A stretch of DNA of 64,000 nt from Adineta vaga (taxonomy: Eukaryota; Animalia; Rotifera). Positions 25,101 through 40,100 of the stretch are shown here, piece by piece (position 1 is the stretch's first letter; each line of letters starts with the position of its first letter). The position numbers were made by a program, and so were the translations under genes. The notes below the pieces were generated by a model. It was given only the letters and a program-made list of their open reading frames with translations, ran no database searches and was not told the DNA's origin. The stretch is taken from positions 9,114,001 to 9,178,000 of the forward strand of contig CP075497.1 in the NCBI GenBank assembly GCA_021613535.1, given 5' to 3'.

Positions 25101-28100
25101 CGTACTCTTATCTCGATATAAACAATTATGTATTTCCATTGATGAAACATCAAAATATTGTTCCATAATCATTCCATCGAAATTCATTCATGAAACTATT
25201 CTACAATTACAAACATCATTAGCACAGATAGTAAATATTTCCGTTATTTTTCATAATGCATCGGATGTTCGAACAGCATTTCAAAATCAAACTCATGTTT
25301 ATAATAATTTACAAAGTTTTTCGGATGAAATCAATGAACTTATTAAACGTGGAAATGAATTGATTAAACAACCGATGGTTCCGAAATATGTACAACATGA
25401 TATACAAATGATAGAGAAAGTTTATCATGGAAAAATTCAATTAGCACAAGATTTATTAGATAAACTCAAAGTAAAAATGATAAAAACAAATTTGATTCTA
25501 TTGATTTTCTTTTGAAATAGCGTTTATTGGATCTTTGGGAACGTTTTGATGGATATAAACGTCGTTATCAACAGCAAATTGAACGATTAAATAATGAATT
25601 ATTACAATGGAATAACAAACGAAATTCAATTCAATCATTTTCACAAGAAATTGAAATTTCTAAAGTAAAATAAATTTAATTTTTCTTCGAATTTCAAACA
25701 TGAAATTATTTGTAGCAATTCCAAAATTCTTATACTGATATGAAATCTTCACTTGAAGAAACAGGACAAGTTTTACAAACAATCTCTACAGATAATTTCT
25801 TGCCTTATGAAAATCTACAAGTATTGAAATGTGATTTTGATAATATGCAAGAAGATTTAAATGATAAATTGAGATTGATGAATGAGATTTTACAAGATTT
25901 AATCAATGATCAAGATAAATGGAAAAAATTTAATGATGAACTTCAACGATTAGAGACAGTATTCAAAGAAATTGGTTCATCATTTGAATCTCAAATGTCT
26001 GATGATCGAACTTTAGAAGATAAACAACGATTTGTAGAAGTAAAGAACTCACATGCTAACCGAAATGATAAAACAATTTGTTCATTTTCTAGCGTATTCG
26101 ATCTGATCTTGATGTACATATACATTCTTTATCGATCTTATATTCTGATGAATCTCATATTCAATCACTTCGTTCTCGACCGAAAGATTTTCAAAATGTT
26201 TTAAATCGTTTAAGTCAATTGCGTACATTTGCTGAAACAACATCTAATCATATCAATCGTAAGGAAGTGCAATTATCTGAATGTCGAACACATATACAAA
26301 CATCTCGACGTTATCTCGAACAATTACAACCATGGATTGAACAAGGAGAAGTTTATCTAAAGAAATCTTTTGATCAAATTGGTTCTTCGAATATAAATGA
26401 AGCAAAACAGTGCCTTGATGAACATAAAGTAAAAGTGATCAATTCTTACTTCTTTTTTTCTATCTTGAAACTTTTCTCAGGAATTTCTTGACGAACATCG
26501 TCGATTGTTAAGTATATATAATGATTTACTTGCTGAAGAATCGAATATAACTGATCAATCAGAATTCAAATCGTCAATCAAATCTGTATCTTTACGCTGG
26601 ATAGAACTCGATCGAAAATCCAATGATTTAACATCGAAATATGAATGTCAATATCGTGCATGGATATTATATGATTCAGAATTAAATGCATTTCGTAATC
26701 AAGTTTTATCAGAATTTGAACAACGAATTAATCGTACGATATCCATTGATACCAATCAATTCTTCGATCTCAATCGAATTCAAACATTCATCAATGAAAT
26801 TCGAGTAAAATGAAGCGAAACAAAAAAAATCGTTAAAAAACTTTTCATTTTTTTTTCTTTCTGTTTTCATTACAGTTACTTGAAGATAATCTTCGTCAAC
26901 ATACAACAAATTATGATCGTTTACATACACAAATGAATGATGTAAGGCAATACTGTTCATCTGAAGGTCAACGAACAGTTAATGAAGAACAAATAGCAAT
27001 TGACACACGATGGACTCAACTTCATCGAATGATTACTGACAAAGTAAATTTGAAGAGAAATGAAATCGAAGACAATTGTTATTCTAAAGATGACATAATG
27101 ATAGATATCCTTTTTCTTTCTTCGAAATTAAGTCTTATACTAAAATAAGAAGCAGACATTTGATAGAGAGTATAGTGTGTTAAACAATGTGGTCAATTCG
27201 TATACAAGTAGGTTTCTTTATTGCTCAGAAAAACATGAAATATCAAAAAGTCTTGTATATTTGTCGTATAATTTCTTTTCTTTTAGTTACACGAAACAGA
27301 ACGTCTATATGAATGTCGTAAATCCTTTCATAATCGTTATCAAACATTCGAACGGAGTGTTCGTGAACTTACTGAACAAATTGATAATCATGCACAGATT
27401 CAAACATCAACATGGAATCAAACATATCAAGATTTACAACGCATTCAAAATGAATTCAAATCAATTCAACCCTTATTATCATCAGTTGGACATGAATTAG
27501 CTGAACTTGAAGTTGCAGGTTTACCCAAAATTGAATTACAACCTATACAGAATACATATGAAACTCATCGACAACGATTAACTATGTAAGTAAAAGTAAA
27601 AATTTAGAAAAAAAGATGTTGAAAATCTTTGCCTTTTAGTTATGAGATTATTTTACAAAAACGCATGGATTTATTACAACGTTTTGATGAACATCTAAAA
27701 CGTTCCAATGACATTCGAATGAAATTTCAAGAAATTGATGAGAATATTCAACAAAAATCACAAATAAAACTTCCAGAAATTGATTTATTTAAAAGTCAAA
27801 TTGAAAAGTATACAATTGATTTACGTACAATTCAATCGGAAAGTAGTATACTTGATCGTTTAATGGAAGAAAGTAATAGTACAATAACGGATTCAAATAC
27901 TAATCGAACAATTTTCTTTACGGTTGAAAGTCGAAATATACAAAATCTCGTTGATATGATTGAAAATAAGGTGAGTTTCACATATTGACAAAGGTGAAAC
28001 TTGTTTAAATGAACTTTATTTACTTTCATACAATTGAGAAGCTTTGTAAAAGTCAACTTATTATATGTATTTTATTGAAGGATATACGGGCAAAAGAGTG

Positions 28101-31100
28101 AGAATGAAACCTTACGAATATCCGATGAAATATGTTAACAAAAATTTTTTTTTTTCATACAAAATATACAACATAAGAGGGTGATTTGTGTTAGTTTAGG
28201 ATATACAAATATAAAGTTAAGAAAGATAGATTTCGAATGAAAACGAAACTTTAGTTTAGATTTGAAATGTTAAACAGAAAGAAAGAGAAAATGTTCGATC
28301 GATCACGTAGAGGAGTAAGTTCAATGACAAGTTCTTAGGAAAAAAACAAGATTTATAATGATAATCAAAAAATACTTTTGATATCTATGTTTGTTTCCAA
28401 TAGCTTGTTCAACGACGAACACAAATACAAGAAATTAATCAAATAGTCGAAGATTTTACACAGACACATACAGATCTACTTCAACGTATTAATACTCTAA
28501 CAAATGATCTTCGTGCAGCTCGTCTCGCTGGTTATTCAATTCGTGATATTGAAGATCTTATGGCTGTTATTAAAGTATGTCTCTTCTCTCATTACCCATC
28601 GAAGTTAAATCAAATTGAAAATTTTGTATGAGAAAATCGGAGATTTAGGATATTTTCTTTCCAATCGTTCTATGCCCTCTGCATATTTTTCAATATCCTA
28701 TCAACACGCATAAATATTTCGCATGAACACGTAGATATATTTAGCTATGACACCAAAATTTCAGCGCACCTCTATATATATACTTGCTTCACATATACTC
28801 GGCACTCCATCTTGCATGCTTATCTATATATCTATTCGAACCTTTTCTTTTGTGCTATACTGCACCCTCACAGCTAGCTTTGTTCTTGTGAGCTTTTGCT
28901 TTCCAGCGTTTACAGGAGGAAATCGAACATGAACTTGATCCATTATTCAAACAATTGATACAGAAATCTGTCAATTCAACAGTTGAAATTGATAATCTTA
29001 TTCAAAAAACGCAAATTGAATGGGAAAAATTAAATGTAGAAACAAATGAACGACTCTATGTTCTTCAGCGAGCACATACGTTATATAATGAAATTGAAGT
29101 CTTGAAAACTCGAGTGGAAACTATGATACATCGTGCGGAAATCGTTTTCAATGAAACAATTATCAGTTCTTATACATCATATCAAGCAAAAGCTCATTTA
29201 AATACATTAAAAGTATGCTGAAAAATTAAGATAAGATTATCCATTGAAATTCATTGATTCTATTCTAGCAAATTGAATTAGATCAACATAAAAGTGCTGA
29301 ACATGATATGATGATCTGTCAAAAACGACGTGATGAATTTATAAATGTATTAATATCATGGTATGAAATGGATTGGTCAAGATATTTTAATCTTTCCGAA
29401 CTTTTAACTAAAGTTCGAGAAACCTTTGAAGTAAGTCTTATTGATAATTTGTCATTGACTTTCTCTTATTCTTATTCAGGTTCAATTACGTGCACATATT
29501 AAACGTACGGAAACAATTTGTAATAATTTACAAACTATGGAACAACTTCAAACAGAAATAAATATAAAAATTCATGCACTTGATGAATTAGCATCGAGAT
29601 TAACCGACAATATCGATCAAGATCGTTTTCTCGAAATTGTTCAAGTAATTTGAACTAAAATTTGAATTGTATTCAAATATCTTATCTCATTTAGATTCAA
29701 CGTCCAATTCTTACAGATTTATTAAATCAATTTGATGAACAATTACTAAATATAAAAGTCAATTGTGATGAACATTATTTCAATGAATTAGATCAATATC
29801 ATCAACATATATCTGAACGTGTTCAAACATTTGATGATCAAATTAATGAATTTATTGAAAAAGAACATCAAATTCAAGATGAATGTTCGAACTTACTGAA
29901 TGAGATTGAATCTCACAATCCTTTTCTCATCAAATTAGTTGAAGAATTCGAAACTTGTGAGATGATTTTCAATGATATTGATTCGATTGAAAATTTCGTT
30001 AAACTCCATCAACAAATTAAACAAATTCAAAATGAATTGATCGAATTTAATACGACAAAACTTATAGTATTAAATGAAACGATTGAACAATATACAAATC
30101 GACATATACGTAACGAAAGTACACAATTAAGTACAGAATTAATGACTATTAATAATCGATATTATTTATTAATACAAGATTTCAATCGATTATTAGAACG
30201 TATTGACGAACGTATTGAATGTGAAACAAATAATTCAATTGAAAGTTATAGAAAATTCATTGAAAATTTACGAGTTAAATTAACACGAATACATAATGAT
30301 TCTCGATTAACAATTGATGTCAAACAAAGATTAATTAATGTAAATTACAACAACAAAAAAAAAACAATTTTGCTTTTCTTTGACGTTATTTGTTTTATCT
30401 TTAGGAAATTGCTCAATCATTAACGAATGCTCATGTCTATGTGTATCAAACAATGGAAGAGATAAAAATGACACGAAATTTATTAAATAATGAATATAAT
30501 AGTAACGAAATTGATGATGAATGTCAAGCTATTAACGATGAATGGAATGAATTTTTAAATGATTTTAATAATCAAAAAGAAGAAATAATCAAAATTGAAA
30601 TTGATATCGAAAAATATGACTTACAAATAAATGAAATGCATCAACGGTTAAAAGAACAAGAAAATTCCTTTCAATCAATGATTGCAAATCAATCAACACT
30701 TGAATTCAAATTCAATAAACTCGAACAAATTAAAGTAGAATAAAAAAAGGTTTTCTTCAAAATGAAATATTTGCATTTGTTTATGTTTTTATCAAAAGGC
30801 TTTGATACAAAATCTCGATCTATATGTAGATCTTAAACAAGAACTAAACCAATTGGAAACAAAAGTTTCAATTAGATTTTTAATTGAAAATTATAATCAA
30901 TATTTGGATAAACGTCAACAATTACTTTCAAATGCTCAAGTAAATCGTTTTCTTTCTTGAAAAATAAATAATATTCATTGTCAATGTCTAGAATGCATTA
31001 GTTCAAATAGCAGAAGCAGTTGAATATCATGAACAATTTGAAGCAATTTTACAAAAATTTGAACAATGGATGACTGATGCCGAAAATCAATTAGAAAATC

Positions 31101-34100
31101 ATACTCGAGCAGAAATGCAATCGGATTATGCAATTGATGAACATTATAAAAGTGTTGAGGTACGATCTTCAGATTTGCGATATATTATCCTACTATTTTA
31201 TATACTTTAATCAAGATTTTATTGATCTAACATACTTACATAAGTGTTAATAGATGCAATAAATTTGATAGTAAAAAGTATGATCTAGAATTTTCTAAAT
31301 CTTACGATACTGTTTGACTTTCATACAATTCAATTCTTTGAGGATTTCGTGTATGATTAGATTGTCAAATAAGAATTTGATATAGTGTTGAAAGAGTCTA
31401 ACAACATATTAATTTTGTTTTTTTAGGATTTGATCAATGAAAATATAGATGGTGAAAGTCTTCTTTCAACTCTCGATGATTGTTTTGAACAAGTATTAAA
31501 AAGTACATCAATCGAAGGACGTACTCAATTGAAATCTCTTATTACGAAAAATCAAACACGTTGGTTAAATTATCATACAAAACAAAAGAATTTAAAACAA
31601 ATTTTACATAATGTTAAAATGGATCGTATGGAATTAGATGAAACATTAAATGAAATTCATGATTGGATTACTGAACATCGTTATAAACTCAATGATTTAA
31701 TAAATAATTTAAGTTTACGTGATGAAAATCGAAAACGATTATATCAATTGAAAAATTTGTTCAATGATATTAATGTAAAACAAACATTATTGAATAAATT
31801 AAAAGGTAAAATTCTTGAAAATGATCGATTAGATCTTGTCGAAGAAAAACTTCATGAATTCGAACATGAACTTCATCTACGAACGAATTCATTAGAAGAA
31901 TTTCTTCGTACACAAATATCAATTGAAGATACAAAACAAATAACCATGGAAAAATTGAAATTTCTAATGGATCGATTATCATTATGTACGAAAACTGATT
32001 GTGATTTGGATACATTACAAAGTCGTTTACATAAAATTGAAGTTTGTTTTCATTGTATCAATTCTTTTCTAATTTGTTTCTTTTTAGGAATATAAAAATG
32101 AATTAGAAATATTAGAAAAAGATTTTCAACAAAGTTACAATCAATATCAATCGATCATTGAAATCAATTTAATGTCCGTTATTCAATTACATTACCAAGA
32201 AAATTTCGAACAAATGCATTTAGTGATTGAAAATGGTAAACAAACAATCGAACGAGCCATATTTGAATTAAAACATTTATGTGATATATGGAATCAATAT
32301 GATAAACATAATCAATCGTTTGTTACTTGGTTAAATCAAACAGAAAATCAATTAAATGAATATTTAACAAGAGAAAATCAGAATGAACAATATACGATCG
32401 AATATTTAAATCAATTGAGTGAAAATATTGAAGATAAAGATAAACAATTGAAAAAATTGGAAGAATTAGAAATCTCAATTACAGATTATAATTGGTCGAG
32501 ACAAGCACATAATACATCGATTTTAAGACAAAGGTAAGTTTGATTTCGATTTACGAAAGAATGATTTTCTCTCTTCGTATTTCCTAGGGTGATTGTTCTA
32601 CTTCGTCAATGTGAAAGTCAACTTGAACGTGCTCAACAATCATTGAATTTTAATCAACAATGGGATGATTTATTGTCGATAGTTCATAAATCGTTTGAGA
32701 ATTATCAAAAACAATTATTAGACATTCGTCAAGATCAATCTGTTCTCATACATTTGGATGCAATTCAAGTAAATTCATTATTTCTTTCTTAAGAAATTTT
32801 CATAGAATTCATTTAGAATATTCAACATCATCGAAATGAATGTGAACAAAATATGAAACGATTAGAAACATTGGCTACTACGGGATATATTTATCCCAAT
32901 AGAAAAGAATCGAATCGTGCACAAATACGGTACTAATATCTATCTGTATGATAAAAGATTGTAAGAATGATATTTATTTCAAATATTTAGATCATTAAAA
33001 ATTGAATTAAATGAATTGAATCAATTATTTGCATCTATTCAACAAGATTTACGAACACGTTCACAAGCATGTGAACTTGTTCAAACATGTATCGATGAAA
33101 TTAATCTATTTCTGAATTCTATATATCTACGATCAGATGATAATGAAAGTCTTTCATCAATTTCAATAAAAAATCTTCATGTACATCTTCTTTCTCTCTC
33201 TCTCTCTCAATTTTCTTTATTTCGTTGACTTTTTTTGTCCGTTGTAGGATCAATTGAATCAATTCGATATCAAATCAAAACGTTTACGTACAATCGATCC
33301 ATTTTTAAGTCATTGTACAATGGAATTGATGCGTACATTTGAATCCATGACCAATCGATTTCAATTAACACGAAAAGATCTCGAAGTAAACATTGATTTC
33401 ATTTCTCACTATGAACTTAATGAAAATTTCTTTAGACATTGATTCATAAACATGAATTATTCTTTACAAAACAACAAGAATTCGAAACATTAGTTATTGA
33501 TTTAGAACGACGTTCAAATTATTTAAAGACAAGTTATGAAACAATAGAAAATATTCATAGAGATAATCGAAGAGAATTAGATATTAAACTTGATAAACAT
33601 CAAGTAATTGATTGTTTTGATATGTATTTCTTAAAACTTCATTTAAATTCTTTTTCGTAGCAATTAATTCAAGCAATAGAAGAACTCAACAAACAAATTA
33701 CAAATATTCGTCAAAAACTTTATGAAAGTGATCTACACAACTCAATACAAGAATCGATAGGAAATCGTTTGAATCATCTCGAACAAAGTTCAACGATTTT
33801 ACAAGACAAAACTCAACAAAAGATAACATTTATAACAACAATTAAATTAGAATGTGATCAGTTAATAGGAGATATTAAACAAATGAGTGATTGGTTAAAA
33901 ATAACTGATCAACAATTGAATAAATTTCTAGTAGTCAATCTTAGTACAGCAGAAGAGAAAAAAGAAGTAGCAACAAAAATTATGGTTGGTCACATAGATA
34001 CAAGACATGATTAATGAATGATTCTTTTCATTTTATTTTAAGGATAAATTTGATGAATTTACTCTTCAAGAAGTACTTCGTCAACAGATCAGACAACGTG

Positions 34101-37100
34101 CTGATACTCTATTTCAAACGATTGATGATGCTCCATTACTGGCAAATCTCGATGATCTCGATCGAACATTCACAACATTGCAACAACAAATTCAAGTAAG
34201 TTTGTAAATCGAACTTTCTTATTCGATCTATTCTTTTGTTCAGCATCGTTGTGAAATCTTGAATCGAGCAGCTCTTCAACATTCTGAATATGATCTTCAT
34301 TTTGAAAATCTATTCAAAAGTTTATCATCTCTTCAAATCATTTTCGAAAACATTCATCAACAAGAAAATCATTCTGATATTCTATCACAACTTAAAGTAA
34401 CTTTTTTCTTTCATTCGAACCAATCATAATCAAAAGAATTTCTTCATAGAACTTCAAAACTCAATGTAATTATTTCGAAGAAGAACTTCGTCGACTTACC
34501 TATATCCATGAACAAATTCTCGGCGAAACATCCATTGAAGGAACTGAACAAATTAAATTGAATTTCAAACAATTTCAAACGAAATGGAAAACATTGAAGA
34601 ATGATATTCAATCATTCGAAGTAAAACATCTCTCTCTCTCTGTTTCTTTTCTATATAAAATTTTCTCTCAAGGATAAACTAGCACAACATGACGAAGAAC
34701 AACGATTAGTTCTCAATGAACAAGCCACTATTGAACAAACATTGAATACAATTCAACAACAATTACAAAGTTTTGATCAACAATTTTCACACGATGAGTT
34801 TACTCGTCAACGTCTTCAACAAATGACAAATATCTTAACAAATGTTGAGAAATTTCATTTACATCTGTTATCTCCATCATCATCTATTGATACGACAATT
34901 ACTGAACGTGCACAACACTTATCATCATTTCATGAACAATTAAAAACAACAACTGAAGTAATAAACTTCGAATTTCATGTCTTAATGAGAGTTTTCATTT
35001 GTTTTCTCTAGAAAAAAATCTTTGAATTAAATCAAAATGAGAAATATTCCAATGAAATTCTTTCCTATCAACTAATTTTACAAAATTTAATCGATACTTG
35101 TTCAATACGTTTACAAACATTTCGAAATGAAAAATCGAAAAGTGAAATTTATATCAAACGAACAATCAACGCATTTGAAGTTAGACTTTTCCTTCAAAAG
35201 ATTGAATATTTTAATTTCTTTTCAAAGGATCATCGAACACGTTTGAATGATTTCATCAACAAATCCAAAGAGTTAAAAACGAAAATCGATGATGAATGTC
35301 TTTCACAAGATTTAGTTACGATATTAAATGATAAGATCAATCAAATAATTGTAATTTGATGAAAAAAGTATTGAAAAAAAACATTTATTGAATTTATTTA
35401 GAATGGTGCGGAAGAATGTTCAATGAATTTAACTGAAGTAGAAACGGAATGTTATCGATTACAAGAATTGATTAATTCAGAAAAAACATCTATGGAAACT
35501 CTTCAACAGATCTTGATAACATTGAACAGGATATTGATGAATTTGTTTTAAAGGATTCAATCGAAGAGAAATTAGTTCAAAAAGAAGAATTAAAAGTAAA
35601 TCAAAATATCTTCACAATGGATCTGTATCAACTAAATTTTTACATTTAGAAATTACAACAACAATGTCATGAATCGAATGATCAGTTAGTACACATCCAT
35701 ACTCATCTTACTGATAATTCTATTGATGACGGTGAACTCTCAATGATTCTCAATGAAACAAAACGAAAATGTGATGAACTTCTTAAAGATCTCCAAGTAA
35801 ATATTCTACATACATCGACACACATCATCTCACTTTTTTCTCCTACTTTCCAATACATATCAATTTGGGGTTTCATATCGATTATTTTAATCATACTGAT
35901 CACCATCAATACACACTTGAATGGTATCATCTGTCGAAAGAAACGAATCAACATAGTTTTCTTTAGTTTATGCATATGCATAAATTTAATTTAAAAAACG
36001 ACCTTGTATTTCGAATAATCGAAAAAAAACTGAAAATTTTGTTCCTATCTTTATTTGACTCTCTTTTTTTCTCTTCTCTTTAGCATCTTCTTCGTTCATG
36101 TGATGAAATTCTAACAAAACAAACAACATTTGATGAAACATATCATGATGTTCGAAAATCTCTCGAAAGTCTTCATGAAAAATATCAAAGTAGTCTAGAA
36201 GTTGATAGTGGTGTAGCTGAATTAAGTGCACTCCTATCTGAATGTGATTCATTACGTGATCGAGTGGATTTTATGACATCATCTTATAATACAATTGATA
36301 CACAATTACGTATACGTCATTCGACAACAATATTGAATATGAACTCCTCGGAACAAAATCATTCAATGAAAACAATGTTACAACAAACAAAAGAAGAATT
36401 TAATCGTCTTGAACAAATCCTACGTTCATCAAAACAAACCATCGAATCCAAACAACAACGTTTATTAACATTAAATAAACAATTAAATGATATTGAACAT
36501 GAATATCAATTAATTATCACAACAGTCAAATTACTTAATAAAGAAGAAAATATTAAAGATGATCAATATGAATATAAAGATGAATCTCAACGACGACGAG
36601 TATAAATAGATTTGTTTTTATTTCTCGAATTTTAATTTCTTTTGAATTGGATTTTAGTTGACAATTCAAGATATCGAACCAAAACAAAATCGTTTACAGA
36701 TTATTGCGAATGAAGCCCATGATTTAAATGATTTACAATTAGCAACCAATGCAAAAGATCTACTAGATCAATTTACTCATTTGTGTGAAGATCTTTCAGT
36801 ATGAAGATTTTCAATGAAGATTTGTTTTGATTATTCTCATGTTTTGTTTAGACACAACTCGATGAAAGTGAACGTCGTTATCAAATGTTACAGAAATTTT
36901 CAAATGAATGTTTAAGTCTTCAACAAAATCTACAGAGTATTCAAAATCAACTATCGCCCATTTCAGATACTTATGGTGATAAAGAAGTTCTCGAAGATAA
37001 ATTGAATAAATTAAAAGTAAGTTTTCCTATCTATTGAGAAGATCATCTTCAAAATGAGAGATATTCTTTGTTATTGAAGGAAATCAAAATTAATTATCAA

Positions 37101-40100
37101 GAATTAAGACCAACGTTAGAAACTATTGAACAAATGACAAATGAAATGTTGATGATAGTTGGTCAAAATGGTAAATTATCCATTCGTCGTGAATGGGAAC
37201 GTATTCAAACGAAATCTCATCATATCAATTCTACTCTTCTCAAAGTACGAAAACTTCAAATCATATTTTCTCTTACATTCTCATCGTGATCTAGGTGGAA
37301 AGTCAACTACAAAATTGTATAACTGATTGGACATTATATTTACAAGACAGTGAACAATTATCAAATCAACTTCAGGAATTCGAATCTTCATTGCAAATAG
37401 TGAATACACAAGTACAAAATGATGGACAAACATCATTGATTACTTTACGAGTAAAATCAACTTTTTTTCTTGTCGGAAAAAGAGAATGGATTTGAATAAT
37501 GAACGTTTTTTTTCTTCTATTTTAGAATATGAAGAATGATTTAGATTCAATTGAAAATAATTACAATAGTCTCTATCGTATTGCAAGTGATTTATCTCAA
37601 CGTACTCAAGAAACTGATCTACTTGAAAATGTACAACAATTACAAATATTTGTACAACGATTGAAAGTTTTATTAAAAGATCTTCTGTGTCGAGTAACAG
37701 ATAATCAAACAAAATATTCCGCTTATTTCCAACAAATGAATATCTATAATCAATCAATTGATAAACTTGAAATACTTCTGAAGAAAATTACGAATAATAT
37801 CGATGAATGGAATAGTAGTGATCAATCAATTGAAATTGAAATTGTTCAAACGACATTGAATAATTTACAATATTTACTCAATGATCAATCCATTATTCAA
37901 CGTCAATCTAATCTATTAAATGAACTTACAGAATCTTTATTTGATTCAGCAGAAAATCCAGATTTCTTTCGGTATGTATAAAAAATACTAGTCGACATTT
38001 ATTTCTATAGATTTTCTTCGTATTTCTATTAGTGATACATATGTAACAATGATCAATCGTCAAACAGACCTATTTGACAAAGCCAATACAATTGAACATC
38101 AATTGAATGCTTTCTTTCAACAAATCAATGAATTGAAGAAAGTAAAAGCGAAAATTCTTGAATCACATTCGAATATTGGAAGAAAACTAAGAGAAATCAA
38201 TGGTTTATTATCAACAATTAATGTAGAAGAAAAACAAGAACGATTGATACATTCACAGGTACTAAATTTATTCTTATTTTATATTTATATCGAAATGAAA
38301 TCTTTGCAGACTATTTTGGAAATCTTAAATGAAACTGATATACATATTACAGAATTTTCTGATATGATCCATCATCTTCAACCAAATATTATTGAATTTC
38401 TCAATGAATTCGAACAGATTCAATCGAAACAAGAACAATTAATCGATGAAACTAAAGTAAAACTATTTCATTGCTAGTTTCTCTTCTCTAAACATGTTTT
38501 TATAGACGTTAGAAAATCAATCACGATCTGAATACAATGCATTAAAACAATGGATTGAAATTCAACAACAATTCGAACGTATTCTAACAAAACTTACCAA
38601 AGATTTTGAACAGACCACAAATTATCATACATTACAGCAATTAGATCAATTAACTGAGCATTTAACAATGAATTTAACAAAACAAGACGACATGGAACAT
38701 CTTTTTCAACAAACTAAACAACTTATTCAATGTTTAGATCAATCCAGTCAATATAACATACTTCGTACGATTGAACAATATCAAACACGATGGAAAGATC
38801 TCTATACACGAATAAATCGAAAACTTGAAGAAATAGGTAAAATTGATTCTTTGAATTTATATTAATTACATGTTTTGTTTTTTCTTGTAGAAAAAATTCG
38901 TCATCAAACAACGAATCTTATTAACGATTGTGAAATTAATTTAAAGAAATGTATTGACTTTATTGTTCTATTAACTGAAATTCAGAATGATTCAACACGA
39001 ACATCGACTGATAAACTTAATCAATTAAAAGTAAAATGATTTTGTATATTCTTCGGGATTGAAAAGAAAAAGATGTTTTCTTTCTCATTAGACTGAATAC
39101 ATGTCAACATTTACATCTTTAATGGTAACAATGGAAAATAATCTTTCATCTGCAAGAGATTTAAATACAATATTAACAATTGAATCTCAAATAAGACATT
39201 TAATTGAACAATTAATTGAAACAAAAACTAAAATCAAAGAACAATTCGATGTAAAGAAATGATATGAAATAAAAAATACAAAAGCTTCTCTTTTTCTTTT
39301 ACAGTTTACAATTCAACATTTGGAAGAATTGATCGAACGATTTCGTATGTCTTTAAATGAACATAATAATCTTGAAAAACAACTTACAATTGCATTACGT
39401 GATGCAGACAAATGCTTAAATCTTGTTGGCGATGATTTTACACAACAAACTCGTCAATATCTTAATGTAGAAGACAATATTTTGTATATTATTTCGAAAA
39501 CTTTTCTTCTCATATCCTTTCAGGAATATCAAACGAATCAACGTACAATTCTGATTGATTTACAAAAGATATCTGATCATAATTGTCTTTTAATCTCAGA
39601 TGTAAAAGCCACAGAATATTTACAGACACGTTATGATCATTTGAAAGAATTACATTTAAATCTCGAACAAAAAATCAATCATCTACGAGTACGTATTTTG
39701 TATTTTCGAAAGCGTATCTTCGATTTCCATCTCTTCCTGTAGGAACGTATCAATGTTTCACTTTCGATGAATGAAAAAATTGATGATAATATTCGACAAA
39801 TCAAACGGAAATTAATTCTCTATGAAAATGATCTTCATCGATTAAAAACAGAAATACCAAGTACAGTTTCAGATAAACGTATCCGTGCAGAATCTGCTGT
39901 GGTATAATTTTATTTTGAAATTGAAAGTACAATACTCTCTTGAATTTTTCAGACGGTTTTTAACGATTTGGAATTGATCGATGCGGTAGTTATCGAATTA
40001 ATTCGTGATGCTGAAAATACCTCGGAAACATCAACAGAAAATCTTCGTAGTTTACATGAAATTAAACATCAACATGAACAAATGCTCAATGAATTTAGAG

